From: Okamejei kenojei
Lineage: Eukaryota
DNA length: 64,000 nt
NCBI GenBank assembly: GCA_035221665.1
Contig: CM069169.1
Location: forward strand, 10,106,001-10,170,000
Reading direction: 5' to 3'
In this document: positions 36,101-47,545 of the stretch, piece after piece
Position numbering within the stretch: position 1 is the stretch's first letter
Layout of the letters: each line of letters begins with the position of its first letter
The notes under the pieces: generated by a model
Told to the model about the DNA's origin: nothing
Databases searched by the model: none
Seen by the model: the letters and a program-made list of their open reading frames with translations, nothing else
Position numbers and translations under genes: made by a program

Positions 36101-38720
36101 GAACTTTTTCTAAATTGGGTTAATCTAACTTTCCCAAACTGCACAATAACTTCAACCTGTTCTTTCTAGACATAAATTATTAATCCACGAAGCCTGGCAC
36201 AGAAAAATGTTCTTTGCATAAATATTTACCTAACGCGTCGTCATTTGGACAGGCACATGGATGAGAAAGGTTTAAATGCATTTGGGCTAAATGTGGGTAG
36301 GTGGGCATCTTTGTCGCCATGGATAAATTGGGCGGAAGGCCGGTTTCCCCTGTGTTGGATGACTGACGTAGGCCAAATGTTGCATAAAAATCCTTATGAC
36401 ATCCGAAAATTTCTTTCTTCTAATTACAAATTTTGGGTTACTGTTTGTGGATCCTGACTGTGTGCTGCTATTTTGCTATTTATTGTTGTTGCTGAATGTG
36501 GCATGTGTGCAGGAGGTTGTCTTATGCATCTGAGCTGTGTGTGCTTGCATTGCTTCTGCCAATACTGCCCAATATCTATAATTACTCAGTATAGTCCTGT
36601 TGTGTTCTTGTGTGCCTCCTACAATGGTTACTTGTAGTTGAAGGCCTGAATCCTTGGGCAATGTGTATATATATTCTATTGGGAATTGGACTTGCTTTCC
36701 ATTCCAGCACTACCTCCTGAATCTGTACTGCCTGTTGCTGGAAATTTAGCTGCTGAAGGTGCAGATCCAATTCCAAATGGCGACATTTTAGTGCATGGCA
36801 TAATATAAATGACAGTGGAAACTATATACACTAATGCACATCTAACATGCGCACCTTTAGGATGAATCTTTCTGTATTTCACCATTATAGATTTACTTCC
36901 GATTTGCTCTTCTTGAGTAAAGCACTTTTTAATTATCCACGTGCTTTAAGTGTAGTTCAGGTGATGTGTGCAGAATGATTGTTTATCTAAAATTTCACAA
37001 CTGTGCTGGAGATAGAGGAAGATTGTAAAAAGAAACTTGCACACCTTTAATTTCTCAGCATATCTTGGTTTCCAATATTAAACTAGGATATTGTGAATAT
37101 GCACAGGCAGACTAATGACTGAATTCCTATTTCACCGCTTGCTTTAACCTTCGGTTTTCTCATTCTGTGCACTGAGCATGTTCAAGTCGGCAAGAGTTTT
37201 GTTTAATTTTCCTATTCATAATAATTCTGACAAAGGTAGGTCAGGAGAGTTGTAACATTCTATGCCAGCGATTGGTAGATGGTGCTGCTTTATCGGTCAG
37301 TGCATATTTTATGCTTAATATTTGGGTAAACTATGCATTTGCAAAGGTCTAGTTTCTCTTTTTCAGCTTTGCTGTTTGGACCACTTTTGTGAATCCAATA
37401 AAGCAAAGGAGTTGTGCTCAGACTGGAGACATATAAACGTTCCAATATAACTGTATTAGTCAGTAATTGAATGATGTGAAACCTGAAAAGTTGGTTGCTT
37501 GTAATACCAGGAATCTCCAAACTTTGATTACTATTGCAAAATTACTTCAGTCTTAAATGACCTTGCTCTGATTTTAAGATCCCTTGATTTGGATTCCCTC
37601 ACCACAGAAGTAGAATTCCTTATTATTCTATTAAATTCCTACTTTCAGTCAGTCAGATCACCTCTCAACATTATTGATTTGCCTCTGTAGTTTGGCTTCT
37701 AGTGGAGCTGTCCTGTTACTACAAGCATCCTGATGATCTGTAGTCTTGTTAATTTTTCCTAAATTGCCTCTCCTGCGATCAATAAGGTTTCCATATCTGT
37801 GAATGAAAGAAAATCAGAAACTCCCCCCCCCCCCCTACTTGGTTCAGTCTTTACTTGCAAATCTACGATTTTTCTTCCTTCTCCACTTTGAAGTAATTTT
37901 TTTTGGAATCTTGAATGTTCGTCAGTTTGGATTGCAAGTTGAAATTATGGGAATTTTTTTTTTGGTAATATTTGAACCAGATCAAACATTTTAGTAGTCT
38001 TGCTATTTGAATGTTTGCACACATGCTCAGAGGCAAAGTTTGATGGCCATTAGTGGATTGTGACCTGTGTAGCAAACCAAGCTGTTTCTAACAAGATGTG
38101 CTGCATCTTTAGGCTTTGCAGACGCAGCGTAGAAACATACCCTTCGGCCCACTGAGTCCGCGACACCTCGTACACTAGCACCATCCTACACACTAGGTAC
38201 AATGTACAGAAGCCGATTAACCAACAAACCTGCATGTCTTTGGAGTGTGGGAGGAAACCAGAACACCGGGAGAAAACCCACACAGTCACAGTGAGAACGC
38301 AAAGATGGCACCCATAGTCAGGATTGAACCTGGGTCTCTGGTGCTGCAAGGCAACAACTCTACCGCTGCCCCACTATTGGGTCTCTACCGCTGCACTGCT
38401 GCCCTACTGGGTCATGCCATTTATTACTTTTCGGGTGAAGGTTTTGCCTTCATGCACCTCAGTTTCACATTTCCACTTTTTAATATTTTAAATTTCTTTA
38501 ATGCATGGTGTGCATCCTTGTCCCATATTTCAAGAGTTTTGACAAGTTGTTTGTTGAACTAGTTTTCATCCAAGTAGTTTGTGCCTTAATATTCTAACGT
38601 CATACTAGTTTAACAGGCATTATTTTTGTTTCCCTTTTTCAGCGAGAACTTTCAAAAGTTTCCAAGTCTGACTGTCGTTCACGTGTTCTCAATTCTACAA
38701 TCACCAACCTCCACACCTAA
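21116..38720 (+). CDS. PRC1: PRC1 (protein regulator of cytokinesis 1, MAP65/Ase1 family), complete: join(21116..21129,24736..24868,25472..25594,25730..25963,26506..26676,27232..27381,27808..27955,28684..28820,29184..29279,30883..31029,31697..31808,32889..32999,33939..34127,38643..38720); ~613 aa after removing one extra base at 31770-31772
   Basis: Exons splice into MVRKSDALATESVNCLNAALSHLRNIWEEIGIPEDQRMQRTEVVKKHIK...PDTSFERDIVCEDEDAFCLS...DPNRFANRGGNLLKEEKQR...EMLYGSAPKTPSKRR...SVNSVATTYSEFARELSK...*, colinear with human PRC1 including the MAP65/Ase1 NRGGNLLKEEK motif. Confidence 0.96.
21490..21965 (-). mobile_element. CR1-like LINE 3' fragment, internally deleted
   Basis: Near-identical to the 12258-13090 family. 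Confidence 0.88.
24736..24868 (+). CDS. PRC1: PRC1 exon 2 (DALATESVNC...EVVKKHIK), GC donor
   Basis: ttacag| ... AAG|gcaagt; 133 nt. Confidence 0.9.
25472..25594 (+). CDS. PRC1: PRC1 exon 3 (GLLEMMIAEEENLRQRLKKS...GLTACL)
   Basis: atgcag| ... |gtaaga; 123 nt. Confidence 0.94.
25730..25963 (+). CDS. PRC1: PRC1 exon 4 (PEENCTMLQLEKDLRTR...SLNEEK)
   Basis: tgacag| ... |gtaaaa; 234 nt. Confidence 0.93.
26506..26676 (+). CDS. PRC1: PRC1 exon 5 (ERRRAEFVETKKKIILCMDELDQLPDTSFERD...LLQQ)
   Basis: ttttag| ... |gtgggt; 171 nt. Confidence 0.94.
27232..27381 (+). CDS. PRC1: PRC1 exon 6 (LEVKRAQNEATCSELRSQI...KTLQM)
   Basis: cttcag| ... |gtaagt; 150 nt. Confidence 0.94.
27808..27955 (+). CDS. PRC1: PRC1 exon 7 (LQTELQHLEVLKLQNMK...EQRQAFAPYNE)
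   Basis: atccag| ... |gtttaa; 148 nt. Confidence 0.92.
28684..28820 (+). CDS. PRC1: PRC1 exon 8 (EDYTEDLLQLHNYEL...LYLGFE)
   Basis: caaaag| ... |gtaagt; 137 nt. Confidence 0.93.
29184..29279 (+). CDS. PRC1: PRC1 exon 9 (KKASDPNRFANRGGNLLKEEKQRTKLYKMLPK)
   Basis: ttacag| ... |gtatgt; 96 nt; conserved microtubule-binding motif. Confidence 0.95.
29452..30170 (-). mobile_element. Unclassified GC-rich interspersed repeat (related copies at ~31905-32570, 57895-58195, 63272-63425)
   Basis: Shared AACATCCACCAC...CCTCACTGTGATG(A/G)AAGGCA block and TTTATT tail. Confidence 0.6.
30883..31029 (+). CDS. PRC1: PRC1 exon 10 (LEEELKMQIDAWEQE...EKEREKQER)
   Basis: ttttag| ... |gtaagg; 147 nt. Confidence 0.94.
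31200..31447. mobile_element. PIF/Harbinger-like MITE
   Basis: Ends AGAGCATGTCCCACTTAC...GTAAGTGGGACAGGCCCT with internal inverted repeats. Confidence 0.65.
31697..31808 (+). CDS. PRC1: PRC1 exon 11 (QQKKSKLIEEEMLYGSAPKTPSKRR/LNTLPTPGKIRK) with apparent +1 frameshift
   Basis: ttgcag| ... |gtaaat; 112 nt between two phase-0 introns; the TPSK and TPGK CDK motifs sit in different frames. Confidence 0.88.
32889..32999 (+). CDS. PRC1: PRC1 exon 12 (LNGTSIVNATPNSTFRCAIGNSVCFSPIARPPLSGRK)
   Basis: tcgcag| ... |gtcagt; 111 nt. Confidence 0.92.
33372..33660 (-). mobile_element. CR1-like LINE 3' fragment
   Basis: Near-identical to the 12258-13090 family. Confidence 0.88.
33939..34127 (+). CDS. PRC1: PRC1 exon 13 (PALSVRTPG...NKENISHLN...SVNSVATTYSEFA)
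   Basis: tcatag| ... |gtaatt; 189 nt; contains a KEN box. Confidence 0.9.
38110..38370 (-). mobile_element. HE1/V-SINE-like SINE
   Basis: Reverse-complement family motifs. Confidence 0.78.
38643..38720 (+). CDS. PRC1: PRC1 terminal coding exon (RELSKVSKSDCRSRVLNSTITNLHT*)
   Basis: tttcag| acceptor; TAA at 38718-38720; resembles human RELSKASKSDATSGILNSTNIQS. Confidence 0.93.
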   Translation, partial: RELSKVSKSDCRSRVLNSTITNLHT

Positions 38721-39363
38721 GAAAGCTGTAAAATGTCAGTGGGGAAATGGACTGCTCTAACACAAGCTGGGGAGAGCCCTGATGTGGTGCACAAAATGAA
38801 AACATGTTACAGTAGAGCTGGCGTGTTTTGATCTGTATTTCTTTAAACTAAATTACGGGATATGTGAAATATGCCACAGATGAACAAAGGGAGTTGTACA
38901 TTTTTTTTTGTCCATACCATCTTTGGGGCATTGAACATGGCTTCAAAATCTATTTGAGATGGGGTTGATGCATTTAGGTTTTTTTACACACAAATTCAAA
39001 CAATATCTTGTTAACTTGTTGCACCCAGTGAATATCATTAAAATTAAATGAAATCTTTATATCATTCTCTTTTTGAGCTATTATTTAGTTAGGGGGGGAA
39101 GGCAGTTTCTAAATAATTGGCCTTCTCCAGAGTTCACTAAAGTAACTTACTGATCTTCTAAATCTTGGCAAGTTGTTATTTTTACATGTTAGTGGTTGAT
39201 AGGCAACACATCATTTAACATTTACATTTTTTGATCATCTTGATATAACAATTTGACACAACTAGGATCTCCAGGGTAGGCTACCCAAACACTGGGTTTG
39301 TACTAAGAGGAGATTCCAAATCACCTCGTACAAAATGCTATTAGTTTGTTTGCATCTGTGGAA

Positions 39364-39369
39364 AATAAA
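39364..39369 (+). terminator. Candidate PRC1 polyadenylation signal (others at 40011 and 41244)
   Basis: AATAAA in AT-rich, repeat-free 3' UTR-like sequence, followed by a GT-rich tract. Confidence 0.4.
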
Positions 39370-42300
39370 CTCTTCTTGAGCAATATCCAAATGATATTTG
39401 TGTCTGTAATATATTTGGCTTTCTCCTCTGCTAGCCTAGCAACCGGTTAAAGCACACTCAATTCATATGCCATCTAGATAGCAAATTAAATGTTTTCTTG
39501 TTGCATTAGGTTGTGAGATGTTGAAGATCCCTAGTTCACAAAAAGGGCCATGTAAGGATGGTATGAGGTCATTACTATCCCTCTGTTCACTGTGGTTCTT
39601 TCTCATATGATATTGTGGCTTTAATGATACTTTAATCATACCCGGTTTTAAATATTTTTATAATTGCACATATAAATTGTTTAAATTCTTTAGTTAAGCT
39701 AATCATGAATTTTGCTCCTTTTTTGCATTTTCCCTTATTTATTCTTGTAACGGCCATTTATTTCTGTTAAAGGTAGGCAAATGGCACAAAATAGTTATGG
39801 GCGGTGAGAGAAGCCGTTAAACACTAACTGTAATTTTATAGTGTGTTGTAGAGACTTGTTAATTGCTACCTGATAAACTTGTCTTTACACCTTGCCTGAC
39901 GCAGTGTTTGTCCAATGCTTGTCTCAATCTGTTTATGACTGAAGGTACGTTTTTATTCCATCTTGGAATCAAGAAATATCAATCCTAAAGCAGGTTTCAA
40001 TCTTAAATTGAATAAAATGGGAAGGAGAGCCTTGGAGTTGCATTGTTTTCTTTGTTTGAACCAATCTGCCATTTTAAGATGGGTGGGGAAACAGAAGGCT
40101 TGTGAAGTAAGTAGATTTTTTTTAAATGTTACTTTTTGAACTTCAGAGATGACCCATCAGATGGGATCTAATGAATTTCTTAACCTTGCTAGGGAACTTC
40201 CTATTGTTTCCTATAAGATCACCCCAGAGCTAATCTGAGAGTCGGGGAGCATGGTGGCAAAACTGGCAGAGTTCCCTAACCTGGTTTGGCTAGGTTAAAA
40301 ATTTAAAAAAAGTTTGCTTTTAATGCCAGTTGAATTATCTTGAAGGGTGAAATTTGTCACCATTGGTGTGGGCGCTGATATAAAACATGCTTTGAGTAAT
40401 TCCAAATTGAAACTTCGTTTCAGAAGTTCTGCCAAAGTCTCATGCATTTGGGAGATTCATGCAGATTACTCCCCAGCCATCTGGATTTACCAGTCTATGG
40501 CCTTATGGCAGAACTGTGCAGAAGAAAAACATTTTTGTACAAAGTGGCATACATCTAAATATTCCTATGCTTTCCTTCCCCATTGAAATAGCTGTTATAG
40601 TGAACGGTACAGACCCAAGGCAATTTGAAGCATTGTTCTTTCATTAATTTAATCCAGCAATAATTATAAAGATCGAGCATCTAGCCAAAATTAGGTTTTA
40701 TATTTGTGGTCCACTGTGAATCTACACATGTCATGTCTGCTTTTTAACCTGCAGACTATGGGACTTCACAAATGTTCAAATTTTCCTGCCAACAGTTAGG
40801 AGGTTAGCATGTTGTGCTTTTTCTTCCATTTAAAAAAAATTGTAAATAGCTGTTTGTAAATTCTATAGACATCTGATTGGCTGTGGTCTGGTAACAGGCT
40901 CAAACACCCCAGTTTGTACCGAGTTTCAAGCTCAATAGGAATTGCCTTTGCCTTCAATGTCCAGAGCTAAGGGAGTGGGTAGCGTGAAATCAAAGGGGAT
41001 CCCTATGGCTAATCGTTAAATTCAAACATGTCCTTGTTTAGCACAGGCTACATCTGACTGTGAGACACCGTGTTGAGCTCTGGCCTGGACTTGGGGGGGA
41101 AAAAGCATTCTGAAATACTAGGTGGTGTAGTAGCATGAGGTACTATGGTGCTTAAAGGCTATAGATGATAACATTGGACACTGAAATCTGTCTGTCTTTT
41201 GACCATTGTTTAGAGCTTGTCTTTAAATTGTACAGTGTTATGTAATAAATAGTCTAAGCAATATTTGGTTAATTGCTCGTCACTTATTCCATAGCAGTGG
41301 ATCAACTGCTTTTATGCTATCTATTATGCTTGTAAAGTAATTGTGGAAGACTTGTTGATGTTGCTTGTGAATTGCATTGATGTTACCAGGACTGTGACTA
41401 CTTACTGGGAAAATGGTATTCCCCAAAGCTCAAATAATGTGGGTTTGTGGTAACAGAACTGTCACAAATGCCGCACTAGTAATCTGTTTCAACATTGAAA
41501 ATTGCCTCCAGCCGCAAATTATACTTATCACTGATTGTCATAATTTAGAAACATAGAAAAATAGATGCAGGAGTAGGCCATTCGGCCCTTTAAGCCAGCA
41601 CAGCCATTCAATGTGATCATGGCTGATCATCTAAAATCTGAACCCCGTTCCTGCTTTTTCCCCATATCCCTTGATTCCTTTAGCCCTAAGAGTTAAGTCT
41701 AACTCTCTCTTGGAAACATCCAGTGAATTGCCCTCCACAGATTCCACAGATTCACAACTCTCTGGATGAAGAAGTTTTTCCTCATCTCACTCCTAAATGA
41801 CCTACCCCTTATTCTTAAACCTGTGACCCCTGGTTATGAATTCCCCCAAACATTGAGAATTTTTTTTCCTGCATCCAGCCTGTCCAATCCTTTAAGAATT
41901 GTATATGTTTCTGTAAGACCCCCCCCCCCCCCCTCATCTTTCTAAATTCCAGTGACTACAAGCCCAGTCGTCCCATTCTTATCAGTCCTGCCATCCTAGG
42001 AATTAACCTGGTGAACCTACGCTGCACTCCCTCAATAGCAATAATGTCCTTCCTCAAATTAGGAGACCCAGATTGCACACAATACTCCAGGTGCGGTCTC
42101 ATCAGGGCCCTGTACAACTGCAGTAGTATAACTCCTAAACTCAATCCTCTTGCAATGAAGGCCAACATGCCATTAGCTTTCTTCACTGCCTGCTGTACCT
42201 GCGTGCTTACTTTCAGTGACTGGTGAGCAGAGACACCCGGGTCTCGTTGCACCTCTCCTTTTCTTAATCTGATACCATTCAGATAATAATCTGCGTCCTT

Positions 42301-42887
42301 GTTCTTGCCACCAAACCAAAAAAGGATAACCTTATATTTTTCCATATTATGCTGCATCTGCCCACTCACCCAACATATCAAAGTCATCTTGCAGTCTCAT
42401 AGCATCCTCATCGCAGCTCTCACTGCCACCCAGTGTTGTGACATCTGCAAGTTTCGAGATGTCGTATCCCCATCTTTAGATCCCTTCATCTAAATCGTTA
42501 ATCTATATTACTAAAAGTCTGATCTTGACCACTTCTGTTTCATGATTTTAGAAAAAAACACTGCCACTTACGGCTGTGATTTTTGGCCATCTTACTCAGA
42601 ATTCACCTCCGCTGCGCAGGAAAAGATTTTTCCCATCGATGAAAAATAAGAGTTATTAATGTTTAAAAAATGTTGAGATTCTCTCTGCTGCCCCTGCTGG
42701 TGGGAGGGGGAGGGACTATAAAACCCGGAAGTGTTGTGCCTCAGTCTGCAAGATGGGGGAAGTGAGCGGGTCATGTGTCTCAGTCTGAGCTGTGAATAAC
42801 ACTGAACACATGTCTACTAAACTGTGAGTGTGGTTTTACTGACCTTGAGTGCCCTTAATGTGGTTTGAAAATGAAAATGTGGTTGGT

Positions 42888-42992
42888 TTGAAGTAAAAGC
42901 ACTGCAAATGGCTGGTGGGGCTTGGGTTGAAGTAAAAGCACTGCAAATGGCTGGTGGGGCGTGGGTTGAAGTGAAAGCACTGCAAATGGCTG
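42888..42992 (+). repeat. 39-bp tandem repeat (~2.7 copies) inside the Helitron
   Basis: Unit TTGAAGTAAAAGCACTGCAAATGGCTGGTGGGGCTTGGG. Confidence 0.85.
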
Positions 42993-43391
42993 GATCTCTA
43001 AACTTGACAACTTCCTGTTTGCACTGTATATGGATTTTAGATAAAACGCTACCACTTACGGCTGTGATTTTTGGCCATCTTACTCGGTCCCCCTCCGTTC
43101 TTCAGGTGCAGAGGATTCTTCCCATCAATGAAAAATAAAAATGTTATTAGTGTTTAAAAAATGTTGAGAATCTCTCTTGTCAATCACGCCATGAAGGCCA
43201 TACCTTTTGAGGGGGGAGGGATTATTAAACCTGGGTGTGGCTCAGTCTCTGCATGATGGGGGAAGGAGAGGTCATGACTCAGCTGTGAATCAACTAAACA
43301 CACTGAATGGCTACTGAACTGTGAGTGTGGTGTTTTGTGTGGTTTCACCCTGCTTGAAATGGTATGAAACTGCATTTGAATGTGGTGGCCC

Positions 43392-44684
43392 TGTTAAACT
43401 GAGTTATTTTGTCAATCTAAAGTCAACTTAACTCAAACGCTTGTAGCTGTTGACATAGATTCTTTATTCAGCTGAGACTAGTCTCTGAACCTTCCAACAC
43501 AGAGCTGATGCTCTGGGGTGTGTCCAGAGAAGAGTAACTTTGATAGAATTCATGGCATTTATATAGATATTAGACATTTCAGATAGAGAGGGTATGACAA
43601 GCTAATAACCAATCATCTGAGTCCTTCTGGTGATTTACAACATCAGTCACATGATTTCTCCCCCCCTTCCCTGGCCTCATTTACAATCTTTGTTTGCCTG
43701 TGGTATAACTTTGCTTAGAATTGTTTTATTTCAACACGGCAAAACCCCAGTAGACTCAATTATCAAAGACCACTCCTCAAAATATAAGATACATATGTAA
43801 TACAATGATCACACAAGTCATACACACTTTCCATACCAAGAAGAAAGATATTTCTATAAATCTAAACAAAGTCTAATGTTTACAGTCCTACTAAGACAAT
43901 ACATTTCATAAACTTTCACTACAATTTTACAATTTAAAATACTATTACCTATGTGTTTAAAACATTAATTATATAAGTTTGCCGAATTACAGATTCCAAG
44001 TTCAAAACCCACACACCTCCTAACCAAGCATACATGGGTTGTAAATCTGTCAACTTAATTAATAAGTGTTTGGTGCCAGGATACAACTTAATTCTAATTT
44101 GTAGCCCATTTCCTGCTATCTGGAAGCTGAATTTCCAATCATGTACAAAGCAGAACACAAGGTTGATTTACAACTCAGACCATTACATCAGAATTACATC
44201 TGCTTCTTAGACTTTCTATAAACAAATCCATCAATCTAATTATTTTCCTCTCCAAGCATCCATCCCTTATCACAACCTCATTATAATTTAACATAGCCAA
44301 GGCTAACTACAGTCTATTACATTTCAGCCTTGAATTCCGTCTCGATCTCAGCATAACCTCACAGCTCAGGAATGTGCCATAGAGAAAGAGAAGATGACCT
44401 CTGGCCTAAGAAGAGACCCCCATTCAGCTATCCATTCTTCAACACAAAATCATATCAAATACAATTTCCGCCAGCAATATAATTGCCTCAAAGCAATAAA
44501 CTAAGCTATGCAGGTTCAGATTAGTGTTTCTATGTTTTGATTCATCTGTCCGCTCTGTGTTGTTTCCTTGCACTTTATTTCTCAAGGACACGTGTTTCTG
44601 AACACCTTAAGCTTTTCTTTTGCAAATTACCCACCTTATATAAAAGTCACTATCCGAGCGGTTCTATTATATAATATTTCCTCA
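43392..44684 (-). mobile_element. Solo LTR (ERV/LTR-retrotransposon-like) nested in the Helitron
   Basis: TG...CA ends (minus strand TGAGGAAA...TTTAACA); imperfect 4-bp TSD GCCC/GCCT; minus-strand TATAAA (43558-43563) followed by AATAAA (43463-43468); interrupts a 48-bp repeat unit. Confidence 0.7.
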
Positions 44685-44685
44685 G

Positions 44686-44940
44686 CCTTGCACCCATTTG
44701 AAATGGTATGAAACTGCACCTGAATTTGGTGGCCTTGCACCCTGCTTGAAGTGGTATGAAACTGCACCTGAATTTGGTGGCCTTGCACCCTGCTTGAAGT
44801 GGTATGAAACTGCACTTGAATTTGGTGGCCTTGCACCCTGCTCGGAGTGCTACAAAACTGCACTTGAATTTGGTGGCCTTTCATCCTGCTTGATATGGTA
44901 GGAAAATGGATTTGAATTTGGTGGCCTTGCACCCTGCTGG
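44686..44940 (+). repeat. 48-bp minisatellite (~5 copies) inside the Helitron
   Basis: Unit CCTTGCACCCTGCTTGAAGTGGTATGAAACTGCACCTGAATTTGGTGG; one more copy at ~43345-43391 on the far side of the LTR. Confidence 0.9.
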
Positions 44941-46422
44941 AAATGGAATTTCAAGGAATAGACACGAGTGAGCTGCCAGCACATCAGGCTTGAGGGACTG
45001 AGCTGCCACCTGAATAATCCATTTGGCCCACAATGTCCATACTAGCCCTCTGGAGATCAGTCCCTTCAGCCCACATCACCCATACCAGTGCTCCAGAAAG
45101 CCCCCCCCCCCCCCCCAACTGACCACCAATATTGGAATTGGTGGAGAGATGGAATATTGCGTTGAGGGACCAGCCCTCCCATGAGAACATGGGACCCAAT
45201 GGGTCCCACTTAGTCTAGTATATATTGTAAATAATGGGTCCCAGCACCGAGCCTTGCAGCACCCCACTAGTCACTGCCTGCCATTCTGACAATGACCCGT
45301 TAATTCCTTCTCTTTATTTCCTGTCTGCCAACCAGTTCTCTATCCATGTCAATGCCTTACCCCCGATACCATGTGTTCTAATCTATTCCTGATCCACACA
45401 ACAAACGTAATTGGAAAATCGCTGTCAAAGCAATGATCTAACCCAATGAACAATCAATTCGCTTGGATCATAATCACTAGTTCGCCCAACTACTGCAGAT
45501 GATCGGACAAGACATGCCTGTGTCTGACAATGAACCAGGAACGGAGCCCTTGAGGGAAGGGTGTTATAAATATTTCCACTTTGTTACCCAACCCTGCTGT
45601 GTCCGAGTGATTTCAGAATACCAAGTTAAATTGCTCCAACTTTGGAGAGAGTCCAAAATTATTTGCCCCACCACAAAATACATTATGATATCTACGGCTT
45701 TATTTAGATGGTGCTCATTTATTGAAAGTGGAACTGTAGCTGGTCATAAATTGTGATGTTTTCTACTTTACGAGAATCAAACTTTGAATTGTAATGTGAT
45801 TCTTAGGTAGTTGACAGCTTGTCCATGGATCATTGTGCAATGACATCTGATCTGGGTACTGGTGCAAAGAGCACTCGTCCTGTTCCGTTTTCCTCTTTGA
45901 GATGTAATTCAAAACTATTAAGGCTATCCAGCTACAGTGTAACAAGTGAATTTGGCATGGTATTGAGAACTGTGCAGCAAGATGACACAAGCCCTGCATT
46001 ATTGACATGGGACATGTACCACCCCGAACTACCTACCTGTCCCATCTGTGGAATAATCTAATTCGTACCCAGGTGTCTGCAGCAACTTGGAAATCATAAA
46101 TCCAGCATGCAAGCTGGTTTCTCCTGCATTTCTGTCTACATTTGCCACAGACGTACTACCTTGCAATTGAATTCCCTTGAACTGCAATTACTTTTCCTCG
46201 CCTGTTGTACTGAACAATCCGTACTGCCAAGAACTTTGCTTTATTTTGAAAGGCCATTTTCCCCCCCCCACAAGAATTCTAAGTGACATATCAGTATGAG
46301 GGGGGAAATCTAGAGAAATTGACTAAGTGATGGCCATTGTGTGACATTATACATCATTTGTACCCACAGCCCTATTGTCAGCAGCATAGCAAGGTTGAAT
46401 TGTGCCCAATTCTACAGAGTGT

Positions 46423-46700
46423 TTAGTTTAGAGATACAGCACGGAAACTGGCCCTTCGGCCCACCGGGTCCGCGCCAACCAGCGATCCCCGCATATTAAC
46501 ACTTTCCTACACCCACTAGGGACAATTTTTACATTTACCAAGCCAATTAACCATTGGAGTGTGGGAGGAAACCCAGGCAGGTCACAGGGAGAACGTACAA
46601 ACTCCGTACAGACAGCACCCGTAGTCGGAATGGAACCCGGGTCTCCGGTGCTGCATTCGCTGTAAGGCCGCAACTCTACCGCTGTGCCACCGTGGCTGCC
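46423..46700 (-). mobile_element. HE1/V-SINE-like SINE
   Basis: Reverse-complement family motifs, nearly full length. Confidence 0.83.
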
Positions 46701-47074
46701 CGTAAGAGTCCCTCTTGGTAACACACCACGCCACCTCCTTTCCACTTTTGGCCATCTTCCTAAATATTGTTTATTTCTCTGTTTCTGTCATCACCACCTA
46801 GCCATTTCTATTTACAGTTCGTGGGACAGTTGATTCGTCTAACTTGCCATGAAAATGGGGACTCAAATTCTTTAGACTTTTAAACCTTAATCATGATAGC
46901 ATTATTTCACATATGACTCATTTAAATCCTTCCCAATAACACAAGCAAATGCCCTTAGAAGTACATTGGTGTGATCTTGCACTTGTACAAGCCCCACCTT
47001 CCCCATAAATTGGTGTTGATGTCTCAGAAATCTAAATTCCTCCCACATTTGCTGGTTTATCTGCAATGCATGCC

Positions 47075-47545
47075 TACAAGGTTAATTCCTGGGATGGCGG
47101 GACTGTCATATGCTGAGAGAATGGAGCAGCTGGGCTTGTACACTCTGGAGTTTGGAAGGATGAGAGGGGATCTCATTGAAACATTTAAGATTGTTAAGGG
47201 TTTGGGCACGCTTGAGGCAGGAAACATGTTCCCGATGTTGGGGAATCCAGAACCAGGGGCCACAGTTTAAGAATAAGGAGCAAGCCATTTAGAACGGAGA
47301 CGAGGAAACACTTTTTCTCACAGAGAGTGGTGAGTGTGGAATTCTCTTCCTCGGAGGGCAGTGGAGGCAGGTTCTCTGGATGCTTTCAAGAGAACTAGAT
47401 AGGGCTCTTAAAAATAGCATAGTCAGGAGATATGGGGAGAAGGCAGGAACAGGGTACTGATTGGGGATGATCAGCCATGATCACATTGAATGGCGGTGCT
47501 GGCTCGAAGGGCCGAATGAACTACCCCTATACCTATTGTCTATTC
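47075..47545 (+). mobile_element. CR1-like LINE 3' fragment
   Basis: [26 protein letters not shown]; same subfamily as 60083-60527. Confidence 0.87.

Larger units (their letters stand above)
42502..45218 (+). mobile_element. Non-autonomous Helitron inserted in a CR1 LINE
   Basis: Starts TCTATATTACTAAAA after an A, ends CTAG before a T, no TSD; hairpin TGGGACCC-AAT-GGGTCCCA (45190-45208) 10 nt from the 3' end; removing it rejoins the LINE. Confidence 0.85.
41547..45385 (-). mobile_element. CR1-clade LINE fragment (41547-42501 plus 45219-45385) split by the Helitron
   Basis: 3' tail GAAACATAGAAAAATAG, RT C-terminal ORF ([22 protein letters not shown]), and the upstream RT segment continuing after 45219. 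Confidence 0.85.

Noticed and set aside
34128-38642. Possible cassette exon equivalent to the human alternative PRC1 exon in the last intron (AG sites near 35266 and 36707)
   Set aside because: The candidate segments give a phase-0 stop or lack a credible donor and any similarity.
41136-41150. TGAGGTACTATGGTG resembling let-7
   Set aside because: Only the first 7 nt match and no precursor hairpin is evident.
44636-44932. Repetitive ORF (QGHQIQVQFHTTSSRV)n and CRISPR-like periodicity
   Set aside because: 48-bp tandem minisatellite with no unique spacers, in eukaryotic DNA.
46423-46700. tRNA-like A/B boxes as tRNA genes (also at 626, 1793, 8128, 17445)
   Set aside because: They are SINE heads followed by SINE core and tail; no cloverleaf.
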